Assembly (NCBI GenBank): GCA_964016885.1
Contig: OZ024741.1
Location: 312,790,001 to 312,854,000, forward strand
Origin: Eledone cirrhosa
Lineage: Eukaryota
Direction of reading: 5' to 3'
DNA: 64,000 bases
Shown: positions 42,214 to 54,874 of the stretch, piece after piece
Position numbering within the stretch: position 1 is the stretch's first letter
How the letters are laid out: every line of letters begins with the position of its first letter
Notes under the pieces: generated by a model
Databases searched by the model: none
Told to the model about the DNA's origin: nothing
The model's input: only the letters and a program-made list of their open reading frames with translations
Translations under genes and position numbers: made by a program

Positions 42214-42341
42214 AATATGGTTTTATAAATATAGTTTCCATTTATTTAATATTGTAAATATACTCCAAATATTTGTCGAGTGCTTTTATATCAGTTATAA
42301 ATATTTACTAGTTGTAACCCAACAATTTTAAATATAACTTT

Positions 42342-42377
<36 letters not shown>

Positions 42378-42868
42378 AAAGTTATATTTAAATTGTTATA
42401 TTTAAATTTTTATGCCTCGCCTATGTCTGGTTATTTTTAATTTTTCTCTCTATATAACAGCTGGTTTCTCTCCATATATCTCCCTTACATTAATACTAGA
42501 GCTAAATAAATAAATAAATAAATAAATGTATCATTGATACGTTTACTCAACGGACGTCCCACTACCTAGTTTTCTATATATATATCTATCTCTATTTCCT
42601 CTCTCTATATAGATATATATCTCTCTCTGTTTCTTTACATGAAGTTCTTCTCTTTATCTATCTTTCCATCTCTCTATTTTGTTCCATGCATTTCTTCTTT
42701 TTCTTCTTTTTCTTCGTTTTCTGTCTTTCTTTCCTTTTTTTCTTTCTTTTTTTTCTCTCTTTCTTTCTCTCTGTGTACATTTTTTTCACTGCCAATTCAA
42801 CTTTTCAAATACAAGTCGATGTTGTTACGGTATGTCAAATCTATTTATCTATAAAACTGTTTATATTG

Positions 42869-42934
42869 TATTTTGTCTGAGGAAGGCATAGCATATTGTT
42901 AATATGATATCCCTGAAATATATATAATGAAATA
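42869..42934 (+). ncRNA. Type-I hammerhead ribozyme (direct repeat of 42148-42213)
   Basis: Same sequence, 721 nt downstream. Confidence 0.75.
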
Positions 42935-42971
42935 AATATGGTTTTATAAATATAGTTTCCATTTATTTAAT

Positions 42972-43012
<41 letters not shown>

Positions 43013-43172
43013 CGAAGGAAATGCGGTAAGGAACCAGATGGACCATGACGCACCAAAGTACTCAATACTTAGGGTAGTAGAGTGGGTAATAGGAACGAGT
43101 AGGACCCCGACGGCTGAGCTCAAGCCGTTTCGACGGCTAATTCTGAGCTCAGCCGTCGGGGTCCTACTCGTT

Positions 43173-43246
<74 letters not shown>

Positions 43247-43556
43247 TATATATATGTATATATACATATATACATTTATTTATATTTATATTAGTCCCAG
43301 TTTCAATCAGAGCTAACCAGAGTAGCTATGGAACACAATACAATTGTAGGGTGTAAATATCACGTTGAATATAGACGCGGCTTCTACAGTACTAGAATTA
43401 TTTCATTCAAAAGTAATCACCAGGAAACCAGATTACTGATGATTTCTTTGGGTGAAAATATTCTAGTCCTGTAGAAGTGATTTCAATATTAAACTGCATA
43501 TTTTCACACACACAGACACTCACACATAGTAAATACGTAGAAAGTTTATGATATAC

Positions 43557-43678
43557 CTTGTTGGCAATTCTCACCAATATAACCTGCAGAACATCCATCT
43601 GAACATGTTCCATTAAGAATGTCACAATTAATTTTGTTGATACAATGGCATGTCCCATTAAAAGTATACCAAACTTTC
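43557..43678 (-). pseudogene. Frameshifted, 5'-truncated EGF-like pseudo-exon (paralogue of 41559-41693)
   Basis: NGTCHCINKINCDILNGTCSDGCSAGYIGENCQQ G|gtatat is intact. There are only 8 nt between GGT and AAT (9 in paralogues), two Cys are lost and there is no polypyrimidine acceptor. Confidence 0.75.
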
Positions 43679-43696
43679 CTAATGTTGTTTATTACG

Positions 43697-43744
<48 letters not shown>

Positions 43745-44071
43745 GAAAACCATACGCTATCGGTTTTAATGTAATGACTATGTCACTTACTTCATTCCGG
43801 CGATCATCTTCCGCCAAAAATTATAGAAGCTGGATTCTTATAGAATTCCAGTAATAATCAGGTACTGATTATACAGAGCGATTGCCGGTCCAGCAAACAT
43901 TAGATATTAGGATTGGTGCTCTGAAATAGCGATGTATACATGAATGTACGTATATATAGTATATTTGGCAATATACCGTATGTTTAATTAAATACATTTC
44001 GAAAACCATACGCTATCAGTTTTAAAATAGTGAATATGACACTCACTTCTTTTCGGCGAAAGAAGAGAGAG

Positions 44072-44114
44072 AGGCTAACAGTCTTTTTCACGCTGGTTGG
44101 CGATCATCAGACCC
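44072..44114 (-). ncRNA. Hammerhead-like motif
   Basis: Minus strand: GGGT-CTGATGA-TCGC CAACCA GCGT-GAAA AAGACTGT TA-GCCT. It lies within a direct repeat (43745-43850 / 44001-44170). Confidence 0.5.
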
Positions 44115-44594
44115 ACGCACCCCCTGCGTCCGCCGAAAATTATAGAAGTTGGATTCCTATAGAATTTCATTAATATTTGAATAAGTATATGTTGATCTTA
44201 TACAAGCTTCTACATAAATTGGTATAATTTCACCCAACTTGTAGAAATCTTATAGTGAAACGAGTCGTCTGGGAAGTGATATATTTGATATATCTCATAT
44301 GAAATGATGCAGCCAATTTTCCACACAATACAATTAACTAGCACCCCGAACGTTTAATTAGGAATATACTCAGGTATTTCCTAATGTTTGTTGAGTGAGT
44401 TGGAATTTGGCCGGAGTATCACTATTAGCTTTCTCCGATTATGTATTTATATATATATATGTAGGAGTTGTATTTAATTTGTTGGAATTCCGACAAACAT
44501 AAATCTTTATAACTGATATAGAGCACGCAACTAGTTACTGGTGTAAATATTCCAAGATGGTAATAAATGGAAACTATATTTATAAAACCATATT

Positions 44595-44659
44595 TATTTT
44601 ATTATATATATTTCAAAGGCGACCAAGCAAACCTTGGTGCGCTCTCATCAGATAAAATA
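44595..44659 (-). ncRNA. Type-I hammerhead ribozyme, canonical core
   Basis: Minus strand: TATTTTAT-CTGATGA-GAGCGCACCAAG GTTTG CTTGGTCGCCTTT-GAAA-TATATA-TA-ATAAAATA. Confidence 0.8.
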
Positions 44660-44789
44660 CAAAATTTGTTTTATAAATAATGACATACCCATGGAAATCA
44701 CATCTTAACGGTCCGAATATTCGCCCGAATTTTCGGACCGTTAAGATGTGATTTCCATGGGTATGTCATTATTTATAAAACAAATTTTG

Positions 44790-44854
44790 TATTTTATCTG
44801 ATAAAAGCGCACCAAGGTTTGCTTGGTCGCCTTTGAAATATATATAATAAAATA
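44790..44854 (+). ncRNA. Hammerhead copy with mutated core (CTGATAA)
   Basis: Inverted partner of 44595-44659 with a G8-to-A change; probably inactive. Confidence 0.6.
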
Positions 44855-44894
44855 AATATGGTTTTATATATATAGTTTATATTTATTATTATCT

Positions 44895-44944
<50 letters not shown>

Positions 44945-44945
<1 letters not shown>

Positions 44946-45540
44946 GTGGTTTGAACTTTTTGGCTTCCTTGAAGACCGAGACAACTTTGTTGCTTTGTTC
45001 ATTTTCGTGGCTATTTGTATTAGCTTTCTTGGTACGTATAATCATTCTACATCTGATTTGGATGGTTTCTTCTAAATGCAGCCGTTATTTTTCTTGTTTT
45101 TCTATCTATTCCAGTTTGTTCTTTTATGATCCCGTTGAGAATGTTAAAGCTGTAACTCATTACAGGGATTACTAAACTGTTGATGCCAATCATCTTATTC
45201 GTTGCATTTAGGTTTGAGTATTAAGCCAATTCTTCTGTAGTATTCAATTCTAGTCTTTTCTTTTACCTGTGTGTGAATCTTATCTAGTTCATTGATTCCT
45301 ATGTATTTTTATGTCTTAGTTTGATCTCGTTCTCTTATTTCTGTTTCTTTTCTCTAAGATGATATTAATGCTTTCACTAGTTTCCCTCTCTTAAGAGTTG
45401 ACTGGGCACATTTTACTAATCCGAATTTTAAACCTATTTATTTTGTGAAACCGTGTACAGTTTGGATCAGTGTTTGAAGTTATCTTTCCTTTGTAGCATA
45501 CAGCTTTAGCTCATCCATATATAGGAGATTGTCCACAGTT
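44945..45540 (-). mobile_element. R4/Dong-clade non-LTR RT fragment
   Basis: Hand translation: NLLYMDELKLYATKE..IQTVHGFT..IGLKFGLVKCAQSTLKRGKL..LNATNKMIGINSLVIPVMSYSF. Confidence 0.75.
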
Positions 45541-45589
45541 TATAGTATTCGAGTACATAGGCATACATTTATGACTGTGTGCAAGATAT

Positions 45590-47560
45590 AGATAGGCAAG
45601 TTCCTGGTTACTGGAAGCTGAACGCTTTATTCCCGGTGTGCAAAACCTAAAGAGAATGGTTATGGGAATTATTTAGGCGGAAGTTGAGAGCTAGACTCGT
45701 CGGCAACAACTGATGATACGGTCGCAAATTGGGGATTAGAGTAGAGTCGATAATGTTTAGTAAAGCCGTAGCTACAGAAAATATTGGAGTAGAGGGAGAT
45801 CTCTAGTAAATGCATTTAGCAATATATAATCGCAACCGACGTGATTGCGGTGAGATTTGTCCTGGACCAATTGTTAAATTCTCAGCATGAACGCTGCATA
45901 GACAGAAGTAAGGGGTCTGATCTTAGACACAGGTTGATGAAAGTTTTCCAATGGGTCCAAGTGGCTTAGGCACAGTAGGGTAACAAAGCCACAATCCGAT
46001 CTTTGGAACCTTTCTAAGGGCGCATGTTACTAGATCCCGAACAGATGTTTGTGACCTTTTACCAACACCTTGCAGGACTGTTCTGCAGCAGCGCTGGGCC
46101 GGATCGTGGGATGGACTTTGTGCCTACATCCACTGCCCATTGTGGGTCTCTACCACGCAGGTAAAGTGTTGCAAAGAGCCAATAAACTGCTGCCGCAATA
46201 CAGGAGGCAACGACTAAATGAACGAGGGATAATTTCCATGATTTTAACCGTCTGCCCTACGAGCTTTACGTTTACATTCCAGAATTCGGTGACGACTTGG
46301 CTGAAGTTTGCTGTAACTGGCAGCAGAGCGGGATAATTCCCATTTCTGTGAGCCATGGTTTAGTGGCATTGTTGAGAAAGCCCCCAAATATATGTGACGA
46401 TATTAATAATTTTAGGCTTGCGATTGCTGGTGGTTGTCAGGTACGGGAGGAGCAATCTCATGCAGATCCATCGACGTCAACCATTATCCAATGTGATACA
46501 TCATGGGAAATGTGCTTAAGAAACCAGATACACACATGTGTGATCCTTAACAATTTAGATCAATCGAAATATTTCTATAGGGTGCGCCAACGCTATCAGC
46601 CGCCAAGGTCAAAGGTATGTTACATTGGTACCCTTCATCCACTCGCGTCCATTTATATGTATTGACTCTCAAGCCAACATATTGGAGATGTTGGGGAGCA
46701 TCCCACTTGCACTAGGATCTGATTGAACCACGTCAGCAGTCGCCGACAACGTCATTATTTTGGTGTGTCGAGTACCAAACACATCCAGATGAAAGGCACT
46801 GCAGATCGGAAGTATAAAGTGGAAACAGAAACCACAATTAAAGAAAAAGTGTATATGGGCCTGCAGCAGGGCATCTAAAGAGGCATGCCGAATGTCTTGA
46901 AGCGCCCATAGTCCTCTATGATACATGGAAATTCCACCTTCCCGAGCTATACAGGTTTAATAGAATTTAAAAGCGATGACGCTCTTGGGGACACTCTTGG
47001 CGCCGAGGATAATAAATTAGTCACTTTATATCAGGAGAAACCTCTGTCCAAGGCCAAATGAAAAACGTCCGGAAATTCCTGGATTTGCAGTGTTATTGAT
47101 GAGTTTTACCTGTTCCAGTTCAACTCTACATGCAAGTTCCGTAGTACGGATCTCTCTGAGCTGCATGCAGGGCGTTTAATGTCTAAGCATTGCTGTCTTG
47201 AGGGTTTATGTGGAACACTTGTTGTCACCTGTAGAACGGATTCAGCTGTCAGCTGAGTCCATTGTCAAGATTGTCCTACTGCATTCCTTTAAAGCAAAGG
47301 GCAGGCAGGTTTTGTCGGCCGTGTAGCCATGGCGAAAGGAGGTTTTGAGATACACGTCAGAAAGGGTTGAAAATAAGGAGTTTCCGCTTCGGTGAAGTCT
47401 TAATTAACATTTTCGGGTTCATTTAAAGCGGAAAACAGAGAGTAGGGGGACGTGCTAGCTTCCAAGGAGTTTGTAGAGAGGAGACATAATATCCCGTGTG
47501 AATGGGCCTGCTCTGAGTATGCGGCTGTAGATTAGAGGGGGAAAACTGGCAAGCGTGGTT
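45590..47560 (+). mobile_element. Highly decayed Tx1-clade ORF2 fragment
   Basis: GGTTACTGGAAGCTGAACGC, CTGCCCTACGAGCTTTAC, AATTTAGATCAATCGAA and GTGAATGGGCCTGCTCTGAGTATG match copy B ORF2. Confidence 0.8.
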
Positions 47561-47852
47561 TCGTGTTTCTTTCCATGAGCAGCCTTCAATCTCATCATCC
47601 CTATTGACAAATGCCCATTTTTTAAATTTCCTTGTTACGCTTACTTCATTACTGTTAAACATGTCTCACATGTCTCCAGGCAAAACCCTTACACCGACAC
47701 AAACACCCGCGTGTGCTTGTCTGTCTGTGTGTCTGACGTAGTATGTATAACGAAATTATTTTATGGATGTAAGTTTATCATATACACACACACACACACA
47801 TACACACACACACACACACAACACACACACACACTCACACGCATACACACAC

Positions 47853-47903
<51 letters not shown>

Positions 47904-47955
47904 TACATATATATATGTATATATATAGTAACTACGTAGAACGTATATGATATAC

Positions 47956-48090
47956 CTCTCTGGCAATTGGCACCATATAAACCAGACAAACATCCATCAG
48001 AACAGTTTCCAGTCCGCTTGTCACAGTTAATGTTGTTGATACAATGACATCTCCCATTACACTCTAAACCAAACCTTCCAACTTCGCACT
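47956..48090 (-). CDS. EGF-like repeat exon of host gene
   Basis: ttttcag|AG TGC..AGA G|gtatat. 135 bp, phase 1-1. CEVGRFGLECNGRCHCINNINCDKRTGNCSDGCLSGLYGANCQR (not shown intact in the ORF track). Confidence 0.9.
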
Positions 48091-48706
48091 CTGAAAATAT
48101 CAGTATAGAAAATGATGTTGCAGATACATTAAATACATAGTGTTACAAATGAGATATCAATTGAACAATTTTATATAATATCAATACAATTAAGCTTAAA
48201 ATGGTCTTGTGATAATGGAATGAAACTTAATACCCTTATTGAATTGTGTCATTAGATGAAGCGAGAAGCACAAACTCTTGCTATGAAACATATCATATTA
48301 TTCTTGCTTCAAAGAGATCATATTATTCTTGCTTCAAAGAAATCATATTATCCTTGCTGTGAAAAATATCAGGAGATTAAAATTATTTTTGGCTTAGAAG
48401 AAAAATTTCAATCTACCGTATTAGGAAAATGATATTAATACAAGTAAAATTATTAAATATGAAAATACTAAAGTTATAAATAATAAGAATAATTAGAAAA
48501 ATGATGACATCGGATTTAGGCTGACACATTAATATGCACTGACCGGTGTGGATGCATGCGTTAAATAAAATATAGTGTATATAAATTATACACGCATACA
48601 CACACACACACACACACATACATACATATATACATACAGTCAGACAGACATACACACATACATACATACATATATACATACATACATATATATATACATA
48701 TATATA

Positions 48707-48778
<72 letters not shown>

Positions 48779-49086
48779 CATCTTTTGTTCTTATATTATA
48801 CATATATATATATATATATATATATAAATCCGATCTTGGAATAATTAATAATCATATAATAGATAGGATTTTACCAACACTTAAATTGAAATCGCAGCTA
48901 ATTCTATGGAAATGCACAATTGAAGTTATAGATTGGTTCAAAAATGTTAAACATAAAAATATTTATAAGTTCATTCAAATGGATATCATATGCATATAAA
49001 CTATCATTTGCATATAAACACACATGCCTAGTGAGGAGATAAATATTATATTAACAGCAAGGCGAACTTTGATTGACTCTAATAAT

Positions 49087-49269
49087 TGTTTCTACTCTTT
49101 GGCACAAGGCCAGCAATTATGCCAGTGTATTACTGGTACTTTATTTTATCGACCCCGTAAGGATGAAAGGCAAAGTTAACCTCGGCGGGATTTGAACTCA
49201 GTCTGTAAAGGGACGTAACTGTGCTGCAAAGCATGGCTTCCGGCGCTCTACCGATACTACCAATCCACC
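49087..49269 (-). mobile_element. Full SINE copy inserted in the PLE, with TSD
   Basis: Reverse complement of 22790-22967. Flanked by TGACTCTAATAAT / TGATTCTAATAAT. Confidence 0.85.
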
Positions 49270-52036
49270 TGATTCTAATAATGATCTTTGGACTAGGGCA
49301 GATAGACAGAAGACTTTTGACATTACTAAGGGTTTGTCAGATTAGGCGCAAGTTACAGATCTTGTGGGCATTTTTATCCTTAACATGATAAATAGAAAAT
49401 TGCCGGAGATTACGGGAGGTTTATATAGGGACGACATACTATTTATTGCAGAAAAACATAACAATAGTGAATTAATTAGAGTAAAGAAAGCAATTATAAT
49501 TTTTTTTTATAAATTATGACCTGAAATTAGAAATAGAAAATAATAATAATTTTTTAGATGTGACGCTAAATCTAAACTAAGGCATTTATTATCCTTTCCA
49601 TAAAATCAATCAGAACTTAAATTATGTTAGTTTTTATCCTAATCAACCTAAAAGTGTTAAGAATGCAATAGTCAACAGTGTACAACAACGAATATCCAGG
49701 CTATCTGCTAATAGATCCATATTTAATAGTAAGCGTATATATTATAATGAAGCATTACATAAAGCTGGATATAACAATAATATTGAGTATATAGATAAAA
49801 ATACAGAAATATCCATAAATATAAAATTAATTATAATCATAATAATCATAATAAAAATGAATATAAAAACAACAACTGGATGAATAAATCGAAGAAAACA
49901 ATAAGTACTAGATCTATAATTTGGTATGCTCCGCCAGCATCTGTAACTATTAAAACACCTGTAGCACATTTATTTTTTAAAGCTTTGAATAAATGCATCC
50001 CTAGATCACATAAATATTACCTTATCTTCAATATACACACAGTTAAACTATCTTAATCAACAACTATGAATATTGCTCAAAATATTGCAAACATAAATAA
50101 TAAAAATCTTAAATTTAACCAACCTCTAATTAGCAATAATAATAACTATATATTAGGTAATGGGAATAAAAATAATAATAGTTTAAACACGAATAATAGT
50201 AGAACGCCTTTAAATGATTGTTTCTATTTTTGGCACAAGGCCTCAAACGCCTTTAAATAATAATGTGAATAGTATAACGTCTGTAAATAACACTGAGAAG
50301 AAATATAATAGTAGAAATAGTAGAATGTCCTTTACAAAACAATTGCCTTGACAAAAATCTAGTGTATACATGTACTATTAAGGCAAATAATAATATATAT
50401 TACTATATAAGTGCCACCTCATCTAATTTAAGGAACGTGGTATAATCATAGACATACTTTTAATAGACCAGATAAGACATTTTCAACTTCACTTTCGCAG
50501 TTAGTATGGTCTTTAAAGGACAATAATATTAAATACTCCATCTCTTGGAGGAAATAAAAGCTTGCTACTTCCTACCAGAACTCAACAATCTCAGAAATTT
50601 GAAATCTTTGAAATGAAGTTATTCTTCAGATAATCACAAACTATGACAATTTAATCAACAACAAAAATGAATTATTTAGTAGTTGTCACCATAAAATTGG
50701 TAAAACTTTCCAGGCAATATACCAGTTTCAAAATAATGACAATTAATCATTTAAATATATATACATTTTGCCTAATTGAAGTAATCATTTATTGATATGT
50801 ATATGTATTGGAATAATTTCATTAAGAGTCTTTTTATCCTATGCTTTGATTAGGATGGTTCAATATTTAATTAGGCATCAATTACGATATAAACAATAGA
50901 TAATTTATGGCTTTTAAAATATCGCTGGACGTGAGAGTAGAGATTCCCAATAAGTTATAAATGCTTGTATATTGTGAATGAGTTATCTTCCTTTTGTTTA
51001 CATTGTCCGTAAACATTTCTTTTTGACTAGTTTGATAAAACATATGAAATATAGATGACTATCATTAAAAGGAAACTATATATCAGAATAATTAAATACA
51101 GAAGTAAATATAACCATTCATTAAATGAAATAAAATTATAGAGAGTAAATATAACCACAGTTGGATTCTAAGAAATAAATGGAAATTAAAGAATAACAAA
51201 GCTTTCATGAAACAAATTTCTAAATTAATTTTGATAATAAATGAACAAAACATATTATATGTATTGATGGGGATATATGCATGATATTATATTTTAAGTC
51301 GATAAAATAAAGTACCAGTAATGCACTGGGTAATTGCTGGCCTATTGCCTAACGTAGAAACAATTATATTTTAATACATATTTAATAATTATTTAAATAC
51401 GCTTTAAAAATTAATTCTTTTAAAGTTGTAGTAAAATATTAATAGAATATCTTACCTTAAAATTAAAAATAATAATAATCTATAATGAGCTTAATTAAAT
51501 TATATAAATTTGTAATTAACTTAAATATTCGATTGCTATAGAAAGTAATTTATACCTAATAATCTAGATATAATATAAAAGTATAATTAGCTAAAGCATA
51601 ATCCAATACAAGCGATATTCATTAATATATGTGAATAGATTTTTGATTTCATATTTTATCTAGCATTTGAATACAACGGTTTTTTATTCCCCTCTATTTC
51701 ATATTTTCTTTTTCTTCGTTTTTATTTATTCCCCTTCGTTTCCTCTTTACTCTCCCCACATCTTCCCTCACTTTTGTCTTTATTCCTCTTTTCTTTAATA
51801 TTTGTTCTTCTTTTATTTATTCATCCATTTATTTATTTATTTATTTGTTTATTTCTTGCCTTTTCCTCTTCTTTGCATCCCCCTCCTATATTTCTAACTT
51901 GCTCTACGTCCTTTTCTTCTTTAAGTTGGTCATATTATTTGAGGTATAAAAAGGTTGAGATTTGATGAAATAAATCACTGCCAATACTAGAATTGAATAA
52001 TCAAAACCGTAGCAGTATGTCACATGTCAAATCATA

Positions 52037-52099
52037 TATTTTGTCTGACGAAAACGTACTTAAACACCATTATACCTTTGAAATATATATAATAAAATA
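52037..52099 (+). ncRNA. Hammerhead motif in Naiad-like pLTR (stem II degenerate)
   Basis: TATTTTGT-CTGACGA-...-GAAA-TATATA-TA-ATAAAATA. Confidence 0.6.
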
Positions 52100-52159
52100 T
52101 ATACTTTGATTATGAGAATATTTTTCATTTATTAACATTTTGAATAATATATATATATA

Positions 52160-52231
<72 letters not shown>

Positions 52232-52234
<3 letters not shown>

Positions 52235-52896
52235 CGCTTTGTTTTTGACCACAACCGAAATACGATCTCGCTGAAATTATATTTGTATTAATCTCCCGGG
52301 CCTAACAATTAATTAGTTAATTCCATTAGACAATTCTATTGACTAATTAATTACCTAAGTTTATTTGAAAACAACCCGGTCGAGAGCTTAATTCGATTTG
52401 TGCAGTTTTTCAATTCTTGCAATAATTTTACACATTCTGAATCCATCGGCTAAAACCGAGTTACCTCTCCTGCAGTGTAAACACGTGGGGTAATCACTCC
52501 AACACTACTAATGCATTGGAACCCGCTCGCCGACTGAGAACATAATACCTGTTAACGAAATGGGAGCCTTGTTCGACCGTTATACCAGAAGCATACAATG
52601 AAATCAGGCAGTATAATTGATTTAGGTGTCACAGAACCCAACCCCCCACTGGATTATAACATCAATTTCCAGGGGTTTCATAAATTCTTTTGTTTAACCT
52701 GTTTAACTTGTTTCGTTTTTGGGGGGCTCCGGTGGCTGATAGCTTGATGACCGCCGTTTTCAGTTTGTATGGCCTCTATAACGTATGTTAATTGTTCTGG
52801 TCTTCTTTTAGTCCATTGAGCGCTTGCCGCATATCTCGAAAATTGCGTTTCGCTTTGTTTTTGACCACAGCCGAAACACGATTCGCTGAAATTATA
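52232..52896. repeat. Unclassified ~660-bp insertion in (TA)n with ~50-bp terminal direct repeats
   Basis: TTTCGCTTTGTTTTTGACCACA.CCGAAA.ACGAT..CGCTGAAATTATAT at 52232-52281 and 52847-52896. Confidence 0.7.
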
Positions 52897-53031
52897 TATA
52901 TATATATGGAAAAAATGAAATGAAATTTCATTTCTCACTCTTAGTACGGCAGTTACTTAAATATAAGTATGTATACGTACATACATATATGTATACAGAC
53001 GTACAGTAATATGTATATATACACATATATG

Positions 53032-53070
<39 letters not shown>

Positions 53071-53185
53071 GTATGGTTTAGCGAACATTTACTATAATGC
53101 TCGGTTTGTTTGTAAACAGACAGCCCGAATTAAGACGTAAAGTGTTTAGCAACCATCGTTGCCCTTTCATCTGGCAGGAAGGTAT

Positions 53186-53228
53186 ACGATGCTGACGATA
53201 GCTAATAAGCTAGAAACTAGTACATCGT
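53186..53228 (+). ncRNA. Minimal type-I hammerhead ribozyme (family A, best copy)
   Basis: ACGATG-CTGACGA-TAGCT AATA AGCTA-GAAAC TA GTA-CATCGT: perfect stems I and II, palindromic ACTAGT stem/loop III, GUA cleavage triplet. Confidence 0.88.
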
Positions 53229-53618
53229 TCCTTTGTCAGTGTTGAACGAAAGGGCAACGATGGTTGCTAAACACTGTACGGCTTAATTCGGGCTGTTTGT
53301 TTACAAACAAACCGAGGATTACAATAAATGTTCCGTCAACCCACACGTACATATATATATATGTGTGCATGTATGTATATATATATACATACTACTGTAC
53401 GTCTGTATACATATATGTATGTACGTATACATACTTATATTTAAGTAACAGTCTTTCTAAGAGTGAGAAATGAAATTTCGTTTCATTTTTTCCATTTATC
53501 TTTTTCCGTGAGCCCGGCCGACTAACTCACTTGATATGCAAATTAGGCTGCTCAGCCGTTAATATGCATAGGGAAAGTATATACTTTCAGACGTTCAATC
53601 ATCTGGCATGGCGGTATA

Positions 53619-53658
53619 CGATGCTGACGATAGTTAATAAGCTAGAAACTAGTACATC
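53619..53658 (+). ncRNA. Minimal type-I hammerhead ribozyme (family A)
   Basis: GATG-CTGACGA-TAGTT AATA AGCTA-GAAAC TA GTA-CATC. Confidence 0.82.
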
Positions 53659-53868
53659 ACTCCTTTGTCAGTGTTGAACAAAAGGGCAACGATGGTTGAA
53701 AAACACTGTACGGCTTAATTCGGACTGTTTGTTTACAAACAAACCGAACATAAATAAATGTTCGGTAAACCCATACGTACATATATATATATATGTGTGC
53801 TTGTATATATATATATATATATACATACTACTGTACGTCTGTATACATATATGTATGTACGTATACAT

Positions 53869-53906
<38 letters not shown>

Positions 53907-53907
53907 C

Positions 53908-53968
<61 letters not shown>

Positions 53969-53977
53969 TAGAGAGGG

Positions 53978-54036
<59 letters not shown>

Positions 54037-54239
54037 TACATCTGCCCCTCAGTTGAATGTTTCTATATTTCTTGTATATTCTATATATCATATAGAGCTT
54101 ATATATTCTTAATATAAATACAATGTATCATGCCCTTCTGATTTTTTTATTTTATTTACGTTGAGAGCTTTTCAGCGCTACTTTCTTTTACAATGGTTGT
54201 TGCAATAATGTTTGTGTTCTATATTATAGAGATTATCTT

Positions 54240-54620
54240 TAGCTTTCTGATTATTTATATTATTACAAGTTTTCATAAATGTCATGTTTAATAATGCAGG
54301 ATTATCTAGTTTAGGCGTACAGTTATTGTTCGAGTTGGGATTAGATAGAGTCATACAATGCGAGATAATATTAAGGTAAATGTCATTCATAGAGGGTTTG
54401 AAGGTACGTATGTTTGTTTTCCTATAACTAGATCTATGTCATGCCTCATTGCAGAATTGAGTTTTCTGTTCGAAGAGAGTCTAGAATTGCGGTTATGTAC
54501 GTTGTTAATATATTTTAGTATAGATCTAGGGTGGTTAGACAGATTAATAACGCAGAAAGGTTGTTCATATAGCATAATAATAGATTCGTATTGTGCCATC
54601 GATTGGTCTCTAATTGCTAC
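54240..54620 (-). mobile_element. Decayed Naiad-like PLE RT-thumb fragment
   Basis: ORF 54387-54599, INLSNHPRSILKYINNVHNRNSRLSSN, parallels SNHPKSV..VQQRISRLSAN near 61900-61975. Confidence 0.55.
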
Positions 54621-54874
54621 TAACTCTCGACCTCAAGTGTCATTGAGCTATTCACATCTTTCCCAAAATAATAGTGGACACCAACTTTATATTTTCGCAT
54701 ATATACATTACGCATCAGTTCCCATGATATTTATCAGTGACATTCTTGCATTTAACGCCAAGAGCTCAAATAATGTGTGTGTGGATGCATGCAATGTATG
54801 TATGTATTATGTATCTATGGATGGATGGAGAGAGAGGACACCACTAATCATGTGAGTACTTCATACATGGGTTT

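Larger units (their letters stand above)
44552..44897. repeat. ~345-bp palindrome (inverted PLE pLTR pair) with an HHR in each arm
   Basis: Centre AACGGTCCGAATATTCG-CC-CGAATTTTCGGACCGTT near 44726. Flanks are related to 41878-42300. Confidence 0.93.
48826..52150 (+). mobile_element. Decayed Naiad-like Penelope element (RT, GIY-YIG, long AT-rich 3' UTR, pLTR)
   Basis: Nucleotide-collinear with 61250-62370 (AQVTDLVG, GGLYRDD, FLDVTLNL). 50500-50700 encodes VWSLKDNNIKYSISW..LINNKNELFSSCHH. The 3' end matches the pLTR at 60310-60495. Confidence 0.85.
52907..53870 (+). mobile_element. Family A HHR repeat: inverted partial arm plus ~1.6 tandem units (retrozyme-like)
   Basis: 52907-53167 is the reverse complement of ~53249-53495. 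HHRs at 53186 and 53619 give a period of ~432 nt. Both ends lie in (TA)n. Confidence 0.85.

Noticed and set aside
48290-48358. Three ~25-bp direct repeats as a CRISPR-like array
   Set aside because: Contiguous minisatellite with no unique spacers, in eukaryotic DNA.
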